Shown here in pieces: positions 43,775 to 52,689 of a stretch of 52,689 bases of DNA. The position numbers and the translations under genes are program-made. Below the pieces are notes generated by a model. That model saw nothing but the letters and a program-made list of their open reading frames with translations. It made no database searches and was not told the DNA's origin. Source of the DNA: a virus (lineage: Duplodnaviria > Caudoviricetes); IMG/VR virus record IMGVR_UViG_3300025322_000532, positions 1 to 52,689 of that record; one strand, 5' to 3'. The stretch's first letter is position 1; each line of letters opens with the position of its first letter.

Positions 43775-44412
43775 AATCCGATCAATGAAAACAGACTGGA
43801 ATTGCCAAACTCACAAAATCCGCCGCCAGCACTGATCGTGATCGATGTGATCGGATCCGCCGTATTAATCCAACGACCTCCACCCTGGCGTACTCCGATG
43901 AGATTCGATGATTCGCTCGGACCAAACTGGAAGTCCCAGGATTTCCAAGTAACCGGTCGACGCGCGTTGATTCCTTCGAACAGCGCATAGTTATAGAGAT
44001 TGACTTCACATCCGGTATGGTGATTCTCGGGTCCAGAATGTCCGATCCGGATTGCGGCTACCGAACTGGTACTGGCAACGATGGCATCCGTATCAGTTCC
44101 TCCGCCATCTCGGAGATGTCCGATATTATAGGATAGATAATTCGTTCCAGTATCTCCATTGAATGTCATCAGCATCGCGCAGCCGAGATCGGGATTCGTA
44201 GAGTGAACAGACATCCATAGCCATAGATGTAGAAAGTTCTGATCGATGGCGCTGAAAGTAACCTCACTCTCGCCTTCTGCTGTTTGAATGAACTGAGAAC
44301 AAGCAATGGCTCCGGCCGTCCCATGTTCCAACGTCTCCAGCCGCTCAATTCGGCGCTGGGCATCCCGGAGTTTGCCTGCCATTTCCTGAAGCGCCCGATC
44401 AGCCGGTAACAC
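43762..44412 (-). CDS. Minor tail/tail-tip protein
   Basis: Short coiled N-terminus RRIERLE, then VTFSAIDQNFLHL...ITSITI...FSLIG beta domain. Confidence 0.65.
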   Translation of the reverse strand: MLPADRALQEMAGKLRDAQRRIERLETLEHGTAGAIACSQFIQTAEGESEVTFSAIDQNFLHLWLWMSVHSTNPDLGCAMLMTFNGDTGTNYLSYNIGHLRDGGGTDTDAIVASTSSVAAIRIGHSGPENHHTGCEVNLYNYALFEGINARRPVTWKSWDFQFGPSESSNLIGVRQGGGRWINTADPITSITISAGGGFCEFGNSSLFSLIGLCPI

Positions 44413-45526
44413 GATCCACCTCCGTGATGATGCTCAAGGTTTCCTCGCCATCCGAATTCAGAGTCACCTGGACATTGCGGATGGTTAAATCGAACTGCCG
44501 ATTGCGGTACTTGGCCGTCACTTTGTCACCGAAACCCCAATCAATCCCGTAGCGAGACTGCGGCCGATCCAAGAGCTCGGCCCGGAACTCAATCACCGGC
44601 CGTTCTTTTTGGAGCCGTTCGAAGGCCCGGTTAGCCACTCCCAAGGTTGTCTCCTCTTCTCGGGCATCCTGGAACGTTTCTCGCCGGGCCCAGATCGAGC
44701 GGGCGTTGCGGAAGAGATCCTTTTCGGGATCAATAACCCGATCAGTGCCCTGTCCCTGGCCGCCACCGTAGACATAATTCCATTCGTCGCGCCAGTCCTC
44801 CCTAAGAAAAGGATCCGTCAGGTTTCCGGCCTCCTGGCTGAAGATCAGAGGATTGAGACCCGCGGTCGCCGTCCGATCCACGCCTCGGACATTGACCCAG
44901 GTCCGGAACGCAAACGTCCCCGCCCCGGTCGGTTCCATATCGAAGTAGAGCGGGGTCCCATGCTCATGGGAGGACTCGGCGACTTCCTGCAGGACATCCA
45001 GAACATTCCGCCAGGCGAAGCTGCGGGTCACGGTCGGAGCATCGGCGAGGTCTCCCATGACTTCGAAATGGCTGCTCGGGAACGCCCGCGGGCGCCCGGC
45101 CTCGTCCAAGGGTGCCAGCGATCCCATGTTTTCCCGGACGATGGCTTTGATCAGATCGTCGGCCTCGTCGGTCTTTTCGGCTTGGGCGGTCGTGGCATTG
45201 AACGCGATGACCCGGCGCAGGAGCAATCCCATCTGGTCCTCGCCCCCAATCCTCAGCCGGTCATTCCCGGCCCCGGCCTCGAACCAATCCCAGTAGCGGC
45301 AGAAGCCGACCATCTCCAGACGTTCCTCCCCGCCCTCGGGTTTGCGCCAGAATTCGATCATCCGATCCACATCCGGCAGATCGTCGGCGCCCTCGGGGGA
45401 CATCACGATCATGAACCATCCGACGTTGTTCAGGAATCGCCCGTACTGGATGCTCTCCCAGGTCTCCAGCTCCCGCAGGTAGACCCCATCATGGGTACGA
45501 ACGACTATCCGGTGTTCTGCGCCCAT
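44399..45526 (-). CDS. Siphovirus baseplate hub-like protein (ReqiPepy6 Gp37-like)
   Basis: Follows Dit; NYVYGGGQGQG.DR, RRETFQDAR, YGIDWGFGDKVT. Confidence 0.75.
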   Translation of the reverse strand: MGAEHRIVVRTHDGVYLRELETWESIQYGRFLNNVGWFMIVMSPEGADDLPDVDRMIEFWRKPEGGEERLEMVGFCRYWDWFEAGAGNDRLRIGGEDQMGLLLRRVIAFNATTAQAEKTDEADDLIKAIVRENMGSLAPLDEAGRPRAFPSSHFEVMGDLADAPTVTRSFAWRNVLDVLQEVAESSHEHGTPLYFDMEPTGAGTFAFRTWVNVRGVDRTATAGLNPLIFSQEAGNLTDPFLREDWRDEWNYVYGGGQGQGTDRVIDPEKDLFRNARSIWARRETFQDAREEETTLGVANRAFERLQKERPVIEFRAELLDRPQSRYGIDWGFGDKVTAKYRNRQFDLTIRNVQVTLNSDGEETLSIITEVDRVTG

Positions 45527-48054
45527 GCGATGTCGTCAAAGCTCCAGTGGCGAATATCCCAGCGCAGACTGATTTCGGTTGCGCCCGTCGTATCGACCGC
45601 GAAGAAGGCGATCCGGTTGTCGCCCGGGAGGAGCTTGAAACCCCCGACATCGGAGTCCCGCAGGATGCCGGAAGCGACGTTGCCCCGGAAGTCGCTGATC
45701 ACCTTGTGCATTCCTGCTCGTAGATCGATCATGACTCGCTCGCCTGCCTGAGCGATCAGATCCATCCGGATCACATGGCCGGTGGTTTGGTTCTCAAGCC
45801 AGAGTAGCCGAGCCGGTCCGAGGACCTCCAAGACCGCGCCATTCGAAGCCCGGCCGCGGTTTGTAACGGTCTGGATGGCGGAAGCTAGGCTCGCGACTCC
45901 GCTGATCTCATGGCCGAGATAGATGTCATCATCCAGAAGCAGGATGCCGTGGACCTCGTTCGTCGGGCCGGGGAGCTCCAGATCCAGATGGGAGAAGCTG
46001 GTCCCATTCCAAGAGGCCGCAAACGTGGCGAATTCTGCACCCGTGACTTGATCGAAATCACCTCCAAAGACGACTCGATTCTTGTGGCTGACTTTGATAT
46101 TGCGGACGACCCCCGAAACACCGCCGATGATGCCGTCTCCCTGTCGGCCGAGCGGCAGCCAGTCCTGCCGGGTGTAGACCGCGACGGCATCGGCATCCGA
46201 AACCCCGATGTGGGTGAAGAAGCCCCCGGCATAGAACTTCCCATCGGGCGAGAGATCCGATCTCCGCACGTCGTTGGAGGTCGCGCCGTCGTCCCCCGGC
46301 TCATCGAAAGTGTTGGCCGTGAAGTTGTAGGTCGCGACTCCCCGCAGATCGCCAGCGATCCCACCAGTCGCCCGGTCAAATAGACCGGTAATGAATGGGA
46401 TCTCGCCATCCAAGTCGATCGTGATCCCCCGGACCCGGCCTCCACCAGCGGAGAGATTCAGGCCTGGGCCCGTGCCCATCGCCAGGAACGTATTGGTGTC
46501 CGGATTCCAGCGAGTGATTAAGTTGAGCGCGGTGCCACCGCCGAAGGTATTGGCGAATCCGCCGCCGAAGTAGACGTTCCCATCCTTGTCTACCGCGACC
46601 GCCAGCGCCAGGTCATCCAAGCCCGGACCGGATCCCATGCTGCTCCAGGTATCCGTCGTCGGGTTGTAGCGGGCGACGTTGTTCCGGGCTACGGCCGCGA
46701 TGTTGTCAAAGTCGCCGGCGAGGAAGACCGTGCCATCCGGGCCGATGGCGACCTGATAGGCGACCCCATCGTCTAGCCCGCCTCCAGCCGATTCCCAGAC
46801 CGAGCCATTCCAGCGCGCAATTCCGCGGGTACTGGCTACCCCGCCGACGGCCGTGAAGGCCCCGACCATGTAGATGTCACCGTTTGGATGGACTGCGAAG
46901 TCACGGACTTCCCCGTTGGCACCCGTACCTAACGCCTGCCACTCGCCGTCGATCCGGGCGATCAGGGCATTGGAGTTTGGGATCTGCTGATTGGCCGTCA
47001 GTTGCAGGACATCCTGGCTATCGGAAATCCAGTAGGGCCGGACCGCCAGCATCCGGACTCCGAAGGAGTTGTGATAGGGGAACCGTAAATCACCGTCGAA
47101 CTCCAGCCCCGATTCGTAATGGGCGAAGACCTCCAGCGAATCTGGGCCATCCAAATAGCGGAGCAGGAACGGCTGCGCGCCGTGTGATCGATCGGGCTTG
47201 ATCAGATTTTCCAGCCGCTCCCGAAGCAGATGCAGCTCCCGAAGCGAGGCCGGAGTACAGACCGCGCTCTGAGGGTCCTTACGCGCCCAGAAGACCATCT
47301 GCAAGACCCGATCCTGCGCCCGGAAGCTCTGGACCTCCGAGCCGTCCTGGGCGCCGAGGCGCTGGATATTGAGCAGCACCGGGGCCATCCCCAGCCCCGA
47401 GGCCTGCGTGACATAGACCCCGACATCCGCGAGTTCGATCTGGCGAGGTCTCCCAGCCGGCCGGAATCGATCGGATCTTGTGCTGGTCGATTCATGCTTG
47501 GTCCCGGTCCAGCGGAAGTACCGGTCGCCCGCGTGCCGCGGCAGATCATCCTCCAGATCCCCATCGCAGTAGCTGGAGACGTAGTGCTTGGCCTCGATCT
47601 GGAAGCCGTCTGCATAGAAGTTCACGTCCTGGATCGATCCAACGGTCTCCACATACAGCCGCAGATCTGCCGAGACCGCGCCCCCGGTCCGGCCCAGGAC
47701 CTCCAGCCGGGTCCAATGCCGGTCATCGACCGTCACCCGCTCGCTGACGAATTCGATCCCGTTCGTCGCATCCCTAAGTCTAGCCCGGACGGTTCCGGTC
47801 CCCCGAGCGTAGAGGCTCCCGGCGTAAGGCTGGTTGGAGATCGCGGGATTGACGGAGAAGTAAACCCCTTCCAACAGCCCCGACCCGTTCGTGTTGACGA
47901 GTAGGCTCGCTAAACCCCACCGTGCTCGGGTGAGCGTTCGGCTGATTGAGGAGCCCGATGCCGTGTACCCGGTCGTATTGACGGTCAACCTGGGATTGGT
48001 GACCAGATTGGTCGTCGCGTCCGGCTCGTAGATTTCGAGCTTGGAGCTTCCCAT
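45505..48054 (-). CDS. Evolved distal tail (Dit-like) protein with N-terminal CBM-like domain and inserted beta-propeller (849 aa)
   Basis: Follows the tape measure. TNLVTNP...DGFQIE...SYCDG (CBM-like); repeated YxGGxF...IARWN blades; Dit C-terminus VTNRG...LLPGDNRI. Confidence 0.7.
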   Translation of the reverse strand: MGSSKLEIYEPDATTNLVTNPRLTVNTTGYTASGSSISRTLTRARWGLASLLVNTNGSGLLEGVYFSVNPAISNQPYAGSLYARGTGTVRARLRDATNGIEFVSERVTVDDRHWTRLEVLGRTGGAVSADLRLYVETVGSIQDVNFYADGFQIEAKHYVSSYCDGDLEDDLPRHAGDRYFRWTGTKHESTSTRSDRFRPAGRPRQIELADVGVYVTQASGLGMAPVLLNIQRLGAQDGSEVQSFRAQDRVLQMVFWARKDPQSAVCTPASLRELHLLRERLENLIKPDRSHGAQPFLLRYLDGPDSLEVFAHYESGLEFDGDLRFPYHNSFGVRMLAVRPYWISDSQDVLQLTANQQIPNSNALIARIDGEWQALGTGANGEVRDFAVHPNGDIYMVGAFTAVGGVASTRGIARWNGSVWESAGGGLDDGVAYQVAIGPDGTVFLAGDFDNIAAVARNNVARYNPTTDTWSSMGSGPGLDDLALAVAVDKDGNVYFGGGFANTFGGGTALNLITRWNPDTNTFLAMGTGPGLNLSAGGGRVRGITIDLDGEIPFITGLFDRATGGIAGDLRGVATYNFTANTFDEPGDDGATSNDVRRSDLSPDGKFYAGGFFTHIGVSDADAVAVYTRQDWLPLGRQGDGIIGGVSGVVRNIKVSHKNRVVFGGDFDQVTGAEFATFAASWNGTSFSHLDLELPGPTNEVHGILLLDDDIYLGHEISGVASLASAIQTVTNRGRASNGAVLEVLGPARLLWLENQTTGHVIRMDLIAQAGERVMIDLRAGMHKVISDFRGNVASGILRDSDVGGFKLLPGDNRIAFFAVDTTGATEISLRWDIRHWSFDDIAWAQNTG

Positions 48055-50708
48055 CAGCCGCGGCGCTCGCCCATCAAGGCCATCAATCGGAAATCGGCGG
48101 CGATCGGTTCCACCGGGGCACTGGTGTTGATGGTCTGTCTGAATTCATTGTTGGTCGTGGATCCTCCTGCCGATGCCATCGCCATCGACGGAGCCGCAAT
48201 CGGTAGCGCGGAAGCCAAGGAATTCAATACCGAAAGCAGACGATTGGAAACGATCTCTCCCGACGATCTTGGAATGAACAGCTCTTCACCGCGTTCTCCC
48301 ACCCGAACTGGACGGCCGCGGCCTACCGGGCCACCGAATTGTTTAGCTCCCCCAAACCCTCCCACATTCGCCGCTGCACCGCTAGGAGGAGCTCCACCGA
48401 ATGGAATGCCTCCTCCAAACAAAAGAGTTAATAGAGCCTGTGAATTCGGAGGAAGACTCTCAATCAGGGCACTATTGATGTCTCGGATCGCCGCCGCTAA
48501 TTCCTCCGCAGATTGTTTAGGATCAGCCATCACTCTAGCAAGTGTCGCCATATCTTCAGCAAAGAGTCCTGATTGATCCCCAGTCGCGGTCATTCCGGCG
48601 TTTAGCAGATCTATTTTTTCAAGCAGTGCAACTCCGGCTTCATCAATTAGTCCTAATCCTTCAGGACCAGCAAGGGTCGTCAGAGCATCAAGCTCTTCAT
48701 CAGTAAATCCATCTAGCCCAAACCGTTGAGTCGCTAGATTGAAGATGATCTCTTTCGTCTGCCGTTCCCAGGCCTTGGTAGTTTCGTCAAGTTGCCCACG
48801 GATCGCTTCCTCACGATCCGCATATTCGGCCTCTAGTTCCGCGAGCTTATCCTGCTGGCTGGTGGCGATGTCTTCGGTCGCGCTGCCTGCCTCGGCGATC
48901 TCCTGACTGAGACCGGAAATCTCCTTGCGTTGGTCAGCAATGTCGGCGGTCAGGCGATCCAACCGGGCTTGCGCCTGTAACCGGCTGGCTTCCGAGGTTT
49001 CTTCGTTCAACTCGCCTTCCCTAAGCCGGGCGATCTCCAGTTCGGTCTCCAGTTCTTTGAGCCGCTGGACGGCATCGGCGCGCTGGTCATTCAGATCCGC
49101 GATCCGATCCGCCGCCTCTTCGGCATCCTCAATCCCTTCGACTTCCAAGCTAGCGATAGCCTCTAACTTTTCGGCTTCGAGCGAAGCAATCTCGGAATTC
49201 AGATCCTCGAGCTGTTGTTTGAAGTCGCCGAACTGCGGCGTGATGTCGGTGGAAATCTGAAGCTGAATCCCGCTCAGTTTGCCTTGGAGGATCTCCTGCT
49301 TCTCTGCCAGTTCCTCGGCCTTGCGGGCAGCTTCCGCTAGAGCCGCGGCTATATCCTCGAAAGATCCGGCCGCTTCGGCGGCCGCTGCATCGGCATCGCT
49401 CATCGCGCCCGTTGCCCCGGCCTGACTATCCTCAAGCTGGGCCGCGGCCTGTGCGGCCTCGAATTCTTCCCGACTGAGAACCTCGATCTCTTTGGTGAGC
49501 AGTCGTCCTAGAACGCCTTGGTCTCGGATGACCTGATTGACGCGGTCTGCCTCGCGTCGATACTCATCGTAGTTATCCGAACCGACGAGTAGCTGCCGAT
49601 GGAAATCGCTCAGTTCTTCTTTGAGTTTCTTGGATTGCTCTTTGGTATCTCGGATAAATGCCAAGAGCTTGACACCGGCCGTGATAACCGCGGCGATGGC
49701 AATGACTACGATCGCTAATGTTCCGGCGGTAAGGCCCACCGTAGTACCGACGGACACGAACGCAGCTTTGAGACGTGGTAGCGTCGCGGCCGCTAAGGAT
49801 AACGCTCCGCCTAAAGCGATCGTGATGCTCGTCGCTCCGAAGAATGTAGAACTCAGGTCCTGTGTGACCTCATCCAGATCTTTCCATTTCACGAGGCTCG
49901 AAGTAACGAGAGCGACTGCCTCGGCATAAACCGGAAGCCAGGCTTCACCGAGGATCACCTGGCTATCCTCAATATGCCGAGGCAAACTCGTGACTGCCTT
50001 ACCAACTTTCGTCATAGCCTCTTCATAAACTCCGGCGATGTTGACGCCTGCCGCCAGTACCGCCGTCGTCCGGGCCTGGACTCTCTCCAGCTCGGTCAGT
50101 TCAGCAGTCGTCTTTCCGAGCGAATTAGCTGTGGCTTGATATGCCCGCTCAAAACTGACCTGAAGGCCAAGGTTGCGGGCCATGAGGACATTGCCGGACG
50201 TGATGACATCGATCAAGCGCTCAAAGGCCTGCGTCGAATCGATGTCGGCGATGACCGCCGCGTTCTGGGCGAGACGAGCGAGATCCGTAGCATGGGCCAA
50301 ATCAACATTCGAACCGATCATCTTGGCGATGGCCTGACGTGAACCCTGGACCGTGATACCGAGCTCCTGAACGCCTTCTTCCAGAGCCCTAATCTCAGAT
50401 TCGGTCTTGCCTACATTTTTGCCAAGGCGCGCGGTAACTACTCCGAGGACTTCGACTCGGGCAGCGAGCCTTGTGGAACTGACAATCAGAGCAACGCCAG
50501 CGCCGCCAACCGCCGCCAACGCGAGACCGGTCTTGGTCAGATCCCCTTCGATGTCTTGCAGACCGCGGGAGGCCTTCTTTGTCGCGGGAGCGATGCCTTC
50601 AATGTTCCCGGTGACTTCCTTCAGCCGGCGATTGATCGCATCCGCGTCGCGATTGAAGGCTCCGATGCCTTCAATGACCGCCCGGACACCGATGTTCTCG
50701 AATGCCAT
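48054..50708 (-). CDS. Tail tape measure protein (884 aa)
   Basis: Ala-rich helical protein with TM-like segments, a long acidic coiled coil and a C-terminal GGPV...VGERGEELFIP motif; follows the chaperone pair. Confidence 0.88.
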   Translation of the reverse strand: MAFENIGVRAVIEGIGAFNRDADAINRRLKEVTGNIEGIAPATKKASRGLQDIEGDLTKTGLALAAVGGAGVALIVSSTRLAARVEVLGVVTARLGKNVGKTESEIRALEEGVQELGITVQGSRQAIAKMIGSNVDLAHATDLARLAQNAAVIADIDSTQAFERLIDVITSGNVLMARNLGLQVSFERAYQATANSLGKTTAELTELERVQARTTAVLAAGVNIAGVYEEAMTKVGKAVTSLPRHIEDSQVILGEAWLPVYAEAVALVTSSLVKWKDLDEVTQDLSSTFFGATSITIALGGALSLAAATLPRLKAAFVSVGTTVGLTAGTLAIVVIAIAAVITAGVKLLAFIRDTKEQSKKLKEELSDFHRQLLVGSDNYDEYRREADRVNQVIRDQGVLGRLLTKEIEVLSREEFEAAQAAAQLEDSQAGATGAMSDADAAAAEAAGSFEDIAAALAEAARKAEELAEKQEILQGKLSGIQLQISTDITPQFGDFKQQLEDLNSEIASLEAEKLEAIASLEVEGIEDAEEAADRIADLNDQRADAVQRLKELETELEIARLREGELNEETSEASRLQAQARLDRLTADIADQRKEISGLSQEIAEAGSATEDIATSQQDKLAELEAEYADREEAIRGQLDETTKAWERQTKEIIFNLATQRFGLDGFTDEELDALTTLAGPEGLGLIDEAGVALLEKIDLLNAGMTATGDQSGLFAEDMATLARVMADPKQSAEELAAAIRDINSALIESLPPNSQALLTLLFGGGIPFGGAPPSGAAANVGGFGGAKQFGGPVGRGRPVRVGERGEELFIPRSSGEIVSNRLLSVLNSLASALPIAAPSMAMASAGGSTTNNEFRQTINTSAPVEPIAADFRLMALMGERRG

Positions 50709-50987
50709 TTACTTCTTCGGCCTCTTGGATCGGAAGTGGGTGTCTAGGGCCTCGGCCTCATGGAGACCGATATGCCGCTTGACCCGGAAATGAGCAACGG
50801 CCTCCGCCCGCTGCCAGGGCTGGAGGCCGTTCCACTGCTCTTGATTGTAGTTGGCCTCGATCATGGCGTCGTACTCCTCGAAGAACGGCACCACACCAGG
50901 AAGCTGGATGCCGTAGGTGATTCCGGTATCGACGCTGCTATTTGACCTGAGGCTCTCGATCCTCGTCCCGTGCCGTAATACTCCGAA
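50709..50987 (-). CDS. Tail assembly chaperone 'T' extension (probably reached by frameshift)
   Basis: Open frame +1 relative to the chaperone; its stop abuts the tape measure ATG; no clear RBS. Confidence 0.55.
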   Translation of the reverse strand, partial: FGVLRHGTRIESLRSNSSVDTGITYGIQLPGVVPFFEEYDAMIEANYNQEQWNGLQPWQRAEAVAHFRVKRHIGLHEAEALDTHFRSKRPKK

Positions 50988-51552
50988 AACGCTGGACAGC
51001 ATCATCGACGTCTGCTTCTGAGACGCCGGTGAGCCGTCCGACCTCCCCCAGGAGCATGAGGATGTCGTGATCCGTGGGCGCGGCCACGGCCTTGACCCAG
51101 GCCAGATACCGGGCCCTCGGATTGTCGCGCATGGGCATACGCAGGACTTCCATCTCCTGAATCCAGATCGTGTCATCGGGTCCCGGCACGCTCTTCGGTT
51201 TCTCGGCGATTTCTGTGCCGCGGAGCAGCGCCACGTCGGTCGCCGCGTTGGCGGTCTCGACAATGTAGCGTTGTATGGATTCCTGGTATTCCGGATCGGC
51301 CGGGTTCTCTTCGTCTCGGCCTTTGTCCTTGTTGAGGACCACCGGGACCCGCGGCCGCTCAAAGGCGCGGGTCGCCTCGTAGATGAACTGCTTGGGCACC
51401 GGGCGCAGATTCAGAACCACGCCGGTCGAGAGCGTGATCTGGGGCCGCCCATTGGTCGCAACCGAGGCCATCCGGGCCTCGGCCGCGATCACCTTGCGGG
51501 TCGCTTCATCGCGTTGATTACGACGCTTTGACGAGGATCCCGTCTGAGCCAT
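50938..51552 (-). CDS. Tail assembly chaperone 'G' (204 aa)
   Basis: GGAG RBS; lies between the major tail and tape measure genes. Confidence 0.65.
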   Translation of the reverse strand: MAQTGSSSKRRNQRDEATRKVIAAEARMASVATNGRPQITLSTGVVLNLRPVPKQFIYEATRAFERPRVPVVLNKDKGRDEENPADPEYQESIQRYIVETANAATDVALLRGTEIAEKPKSVPGPDDTIWIQEMEVLRMPMRDNPRARYLAWVKAVAAPTDHDILMLLGEVGRLTGVSEADVDDAVQRFRSITARDEDREPQVK

Positions 51553-52689
51553 TGTCTCCCAAGCCTCCGCCCCAGACCACGTTCGGACTGGCGCAGACCG
51601 CCACGCTGTTGATGTCGTCGTTCGCCGGGATCGAACCCGCTCGCTCCGGCATGGTCTGGAAGGTCTGGCCGCCGTCGATCGTGCGGAGCATCCGGCCGGC
51701 CGGTCCCGCCACCGTCACGCCGAGGTATCCGACCACCGAGTCGAAGAACCGGATGTCGTTCAGGGCTGTCGGGGTGATCGGGAGCGTGATTTCGGTCCAG
51801 GTCACGCCCGCATCCGAGGTCCTCCACAGATCACCACCCGCGTCGCCCACCAGCCAGAGCCGTGCATCGTACATCCAGATGGCCGTCAGGTTTACGCCGA
51901 CAGCTGGACCCGTCAATGCCTGCCAGGTCGAGCCCCCGTTGGTCGTGTAGACCACGGCGTTCAGGTCCCCGACCGCCACCACGTTCAGCTTGTCGAGGGC
52001 ATGGATGGCCTCAAGATCCTGAGAGGTCGCGACTCCCGCGTCCTGAACCGAGACTCCCCCTCGGGGATCGTCGGTGAAGTAGATATAGCCCCCGGTCGCA
52101 CCCATCCAGGTATGGCTCGGGCCTACGCTCGTGATCGAGAGCGGGCCGTTGCCGCCTACGAGTCCGGACGTGACTTCCACCCAGTTGTCGGTGCCGTCCA
52201 GGATGTCCTCAAAGTCGTTGATGTGGATTCCTCCGGCGCCCGCGACGATCACCATGTCGCCCCCGACGCAGACCGCATCCCCAGGAGTTTCGTTCGAGAA
52301 CAGGGTAGAGATCGCCAAACTGTCGCCAGTCGCTCCTCCGTCGTCGGAGTAGACCACGCTTGGATTCGTGCCCGGTGTGGCTCCGACTCCGATCTGGAGG
52401 GCAAAGACCTTCTGGCAGCCGTCGGAGGGTTCGTCGCAGTCGCCGCATTCGATCGTGTCGCAGGCCAGGACCTTGGTGATTTCCCGGGCGATGACGGTCG
52501 AGAGCTGCTCACCAAAGAGCAGCGGCTTGACCTCGTACATATCGTCGGCCGAGAACTCGCCGGTCTCATTCGCCGCCGCCTGCTCGTCCGAGGCCAGGGC
52601 ACCGAAGTTCTCGCCCGAGTAGCTGGAATACTTCACGTCGGTGAAGACCAGCACCTTGTCCCAGTTGGCATCGAAGTCCTGCGGGTTAG
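51518..52689 (-). CDS. Putative major tail protein, 3' part (allele B, 5'-truncated by window end)
   Basis: Same protein as 1-1490 with about 10 amino-acid differences; TAA at 51518-51520. Confidence 0.7.
   Translation of the reverse strand, partial: NPQDFDANWDKVLVFTDVKYSSYSGENFGALASDEQAAANETGEFSADDMYEVKPLLFGEQLSTVIAREITKVLACDTIECGDCDEPSDGCQKVFALQIGVGATPGTNPSVVYSDDGGATGDSLAISTLFSNETPGDAVCVGGDMVIVAGAGGIHINDFEDILDGTDNWVEVTSGLVGGNGPLSITSVGPSHTWMGATGGYIYFTDDPRGGVSVQDAGVATSQDLEAIHALDKLNVVAVGDLNAVVYTTNGGSTWQALTGPAVGVNLTAIWMYDARLWLVGDAGGDLWRTSDAGVTWTEITLPITPTALNDIRFFDSVVGYLGVTVAGPAGRMLRTIDGGQTFQTMPERAGSIPANDDINSVAVCASPNVVWGGGLGDNGSDGILVKAS
51519..52689. repeat. Right copy of imperfect terminal direct repeat
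   Basis: Gap-free alignment to 1-1171. Confidence 0.95.

Noticed and set aside
50988-51362. N-terminal part of the 217-aa ORF 50709-51362
   Set aside because: It overlaps the chaperone gene out of frame with Arg/Pro-rich shadow sequence; only the last ~92 codons look coding.

Overview
The window looks like a complete, circularly closed, GC-rich tailed (siphovirus-like) phage genome with a unit length of about 51,518 bp. Bases 1-1171 recur at 51519-52689 as a ~91% identical allele of the putative major tail gene. One overlapping bidirectional sigma70-like promoter (~28624-28658) divides the genome into two arms. The plus arm (28.7-40.6 kb) carries YqaJ/RecT recombination genes, HTH proteins, an HNH gene behind a highly structured ~380-nt leader RNA, a DNA methyltransferase, an MmcB-like nuclease, a papain-like protease and many small ORFs. 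The minus arm carries GmhA, a ParB-MTase, terminase, portal, accessory virion proteins, an intein-containing MuF-like protein, protease/scaffold, major capsid, a sugar-modification cluster, head-tail and tail genes, and a lysis region with GH25, SLT, holin-like genes and an LCP-family lipoprotein. I recognised no integrase, canonical repressor or replication enzyme. Pro/Thr-rich linkers in exported proteins weakly suggest a Chloroflexota-like host (inference). Highlights: (1) an intein whose HNH endonuclease sits in a nested +1 frame with its own leaderless promoter; (2) a candidate heptose-based virion glycosylation system (GmhA, HddA-like kinase, SDR epimerase, MTase, GT2, and a GT4-GT2-GT2 fusion with an internally initiated C-terminal domain); (3) a promoter-driven double-pseudoknot RNA upstream of a compact Zn-finger-HNH protein; (4) a catalytically degenerate LCP in the lysis cassette; (5) a candidate UUU_CGG +1 tail-chaperone frameshift. 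All assignments come from motifs read by eye and from synteny; no database searches were run.
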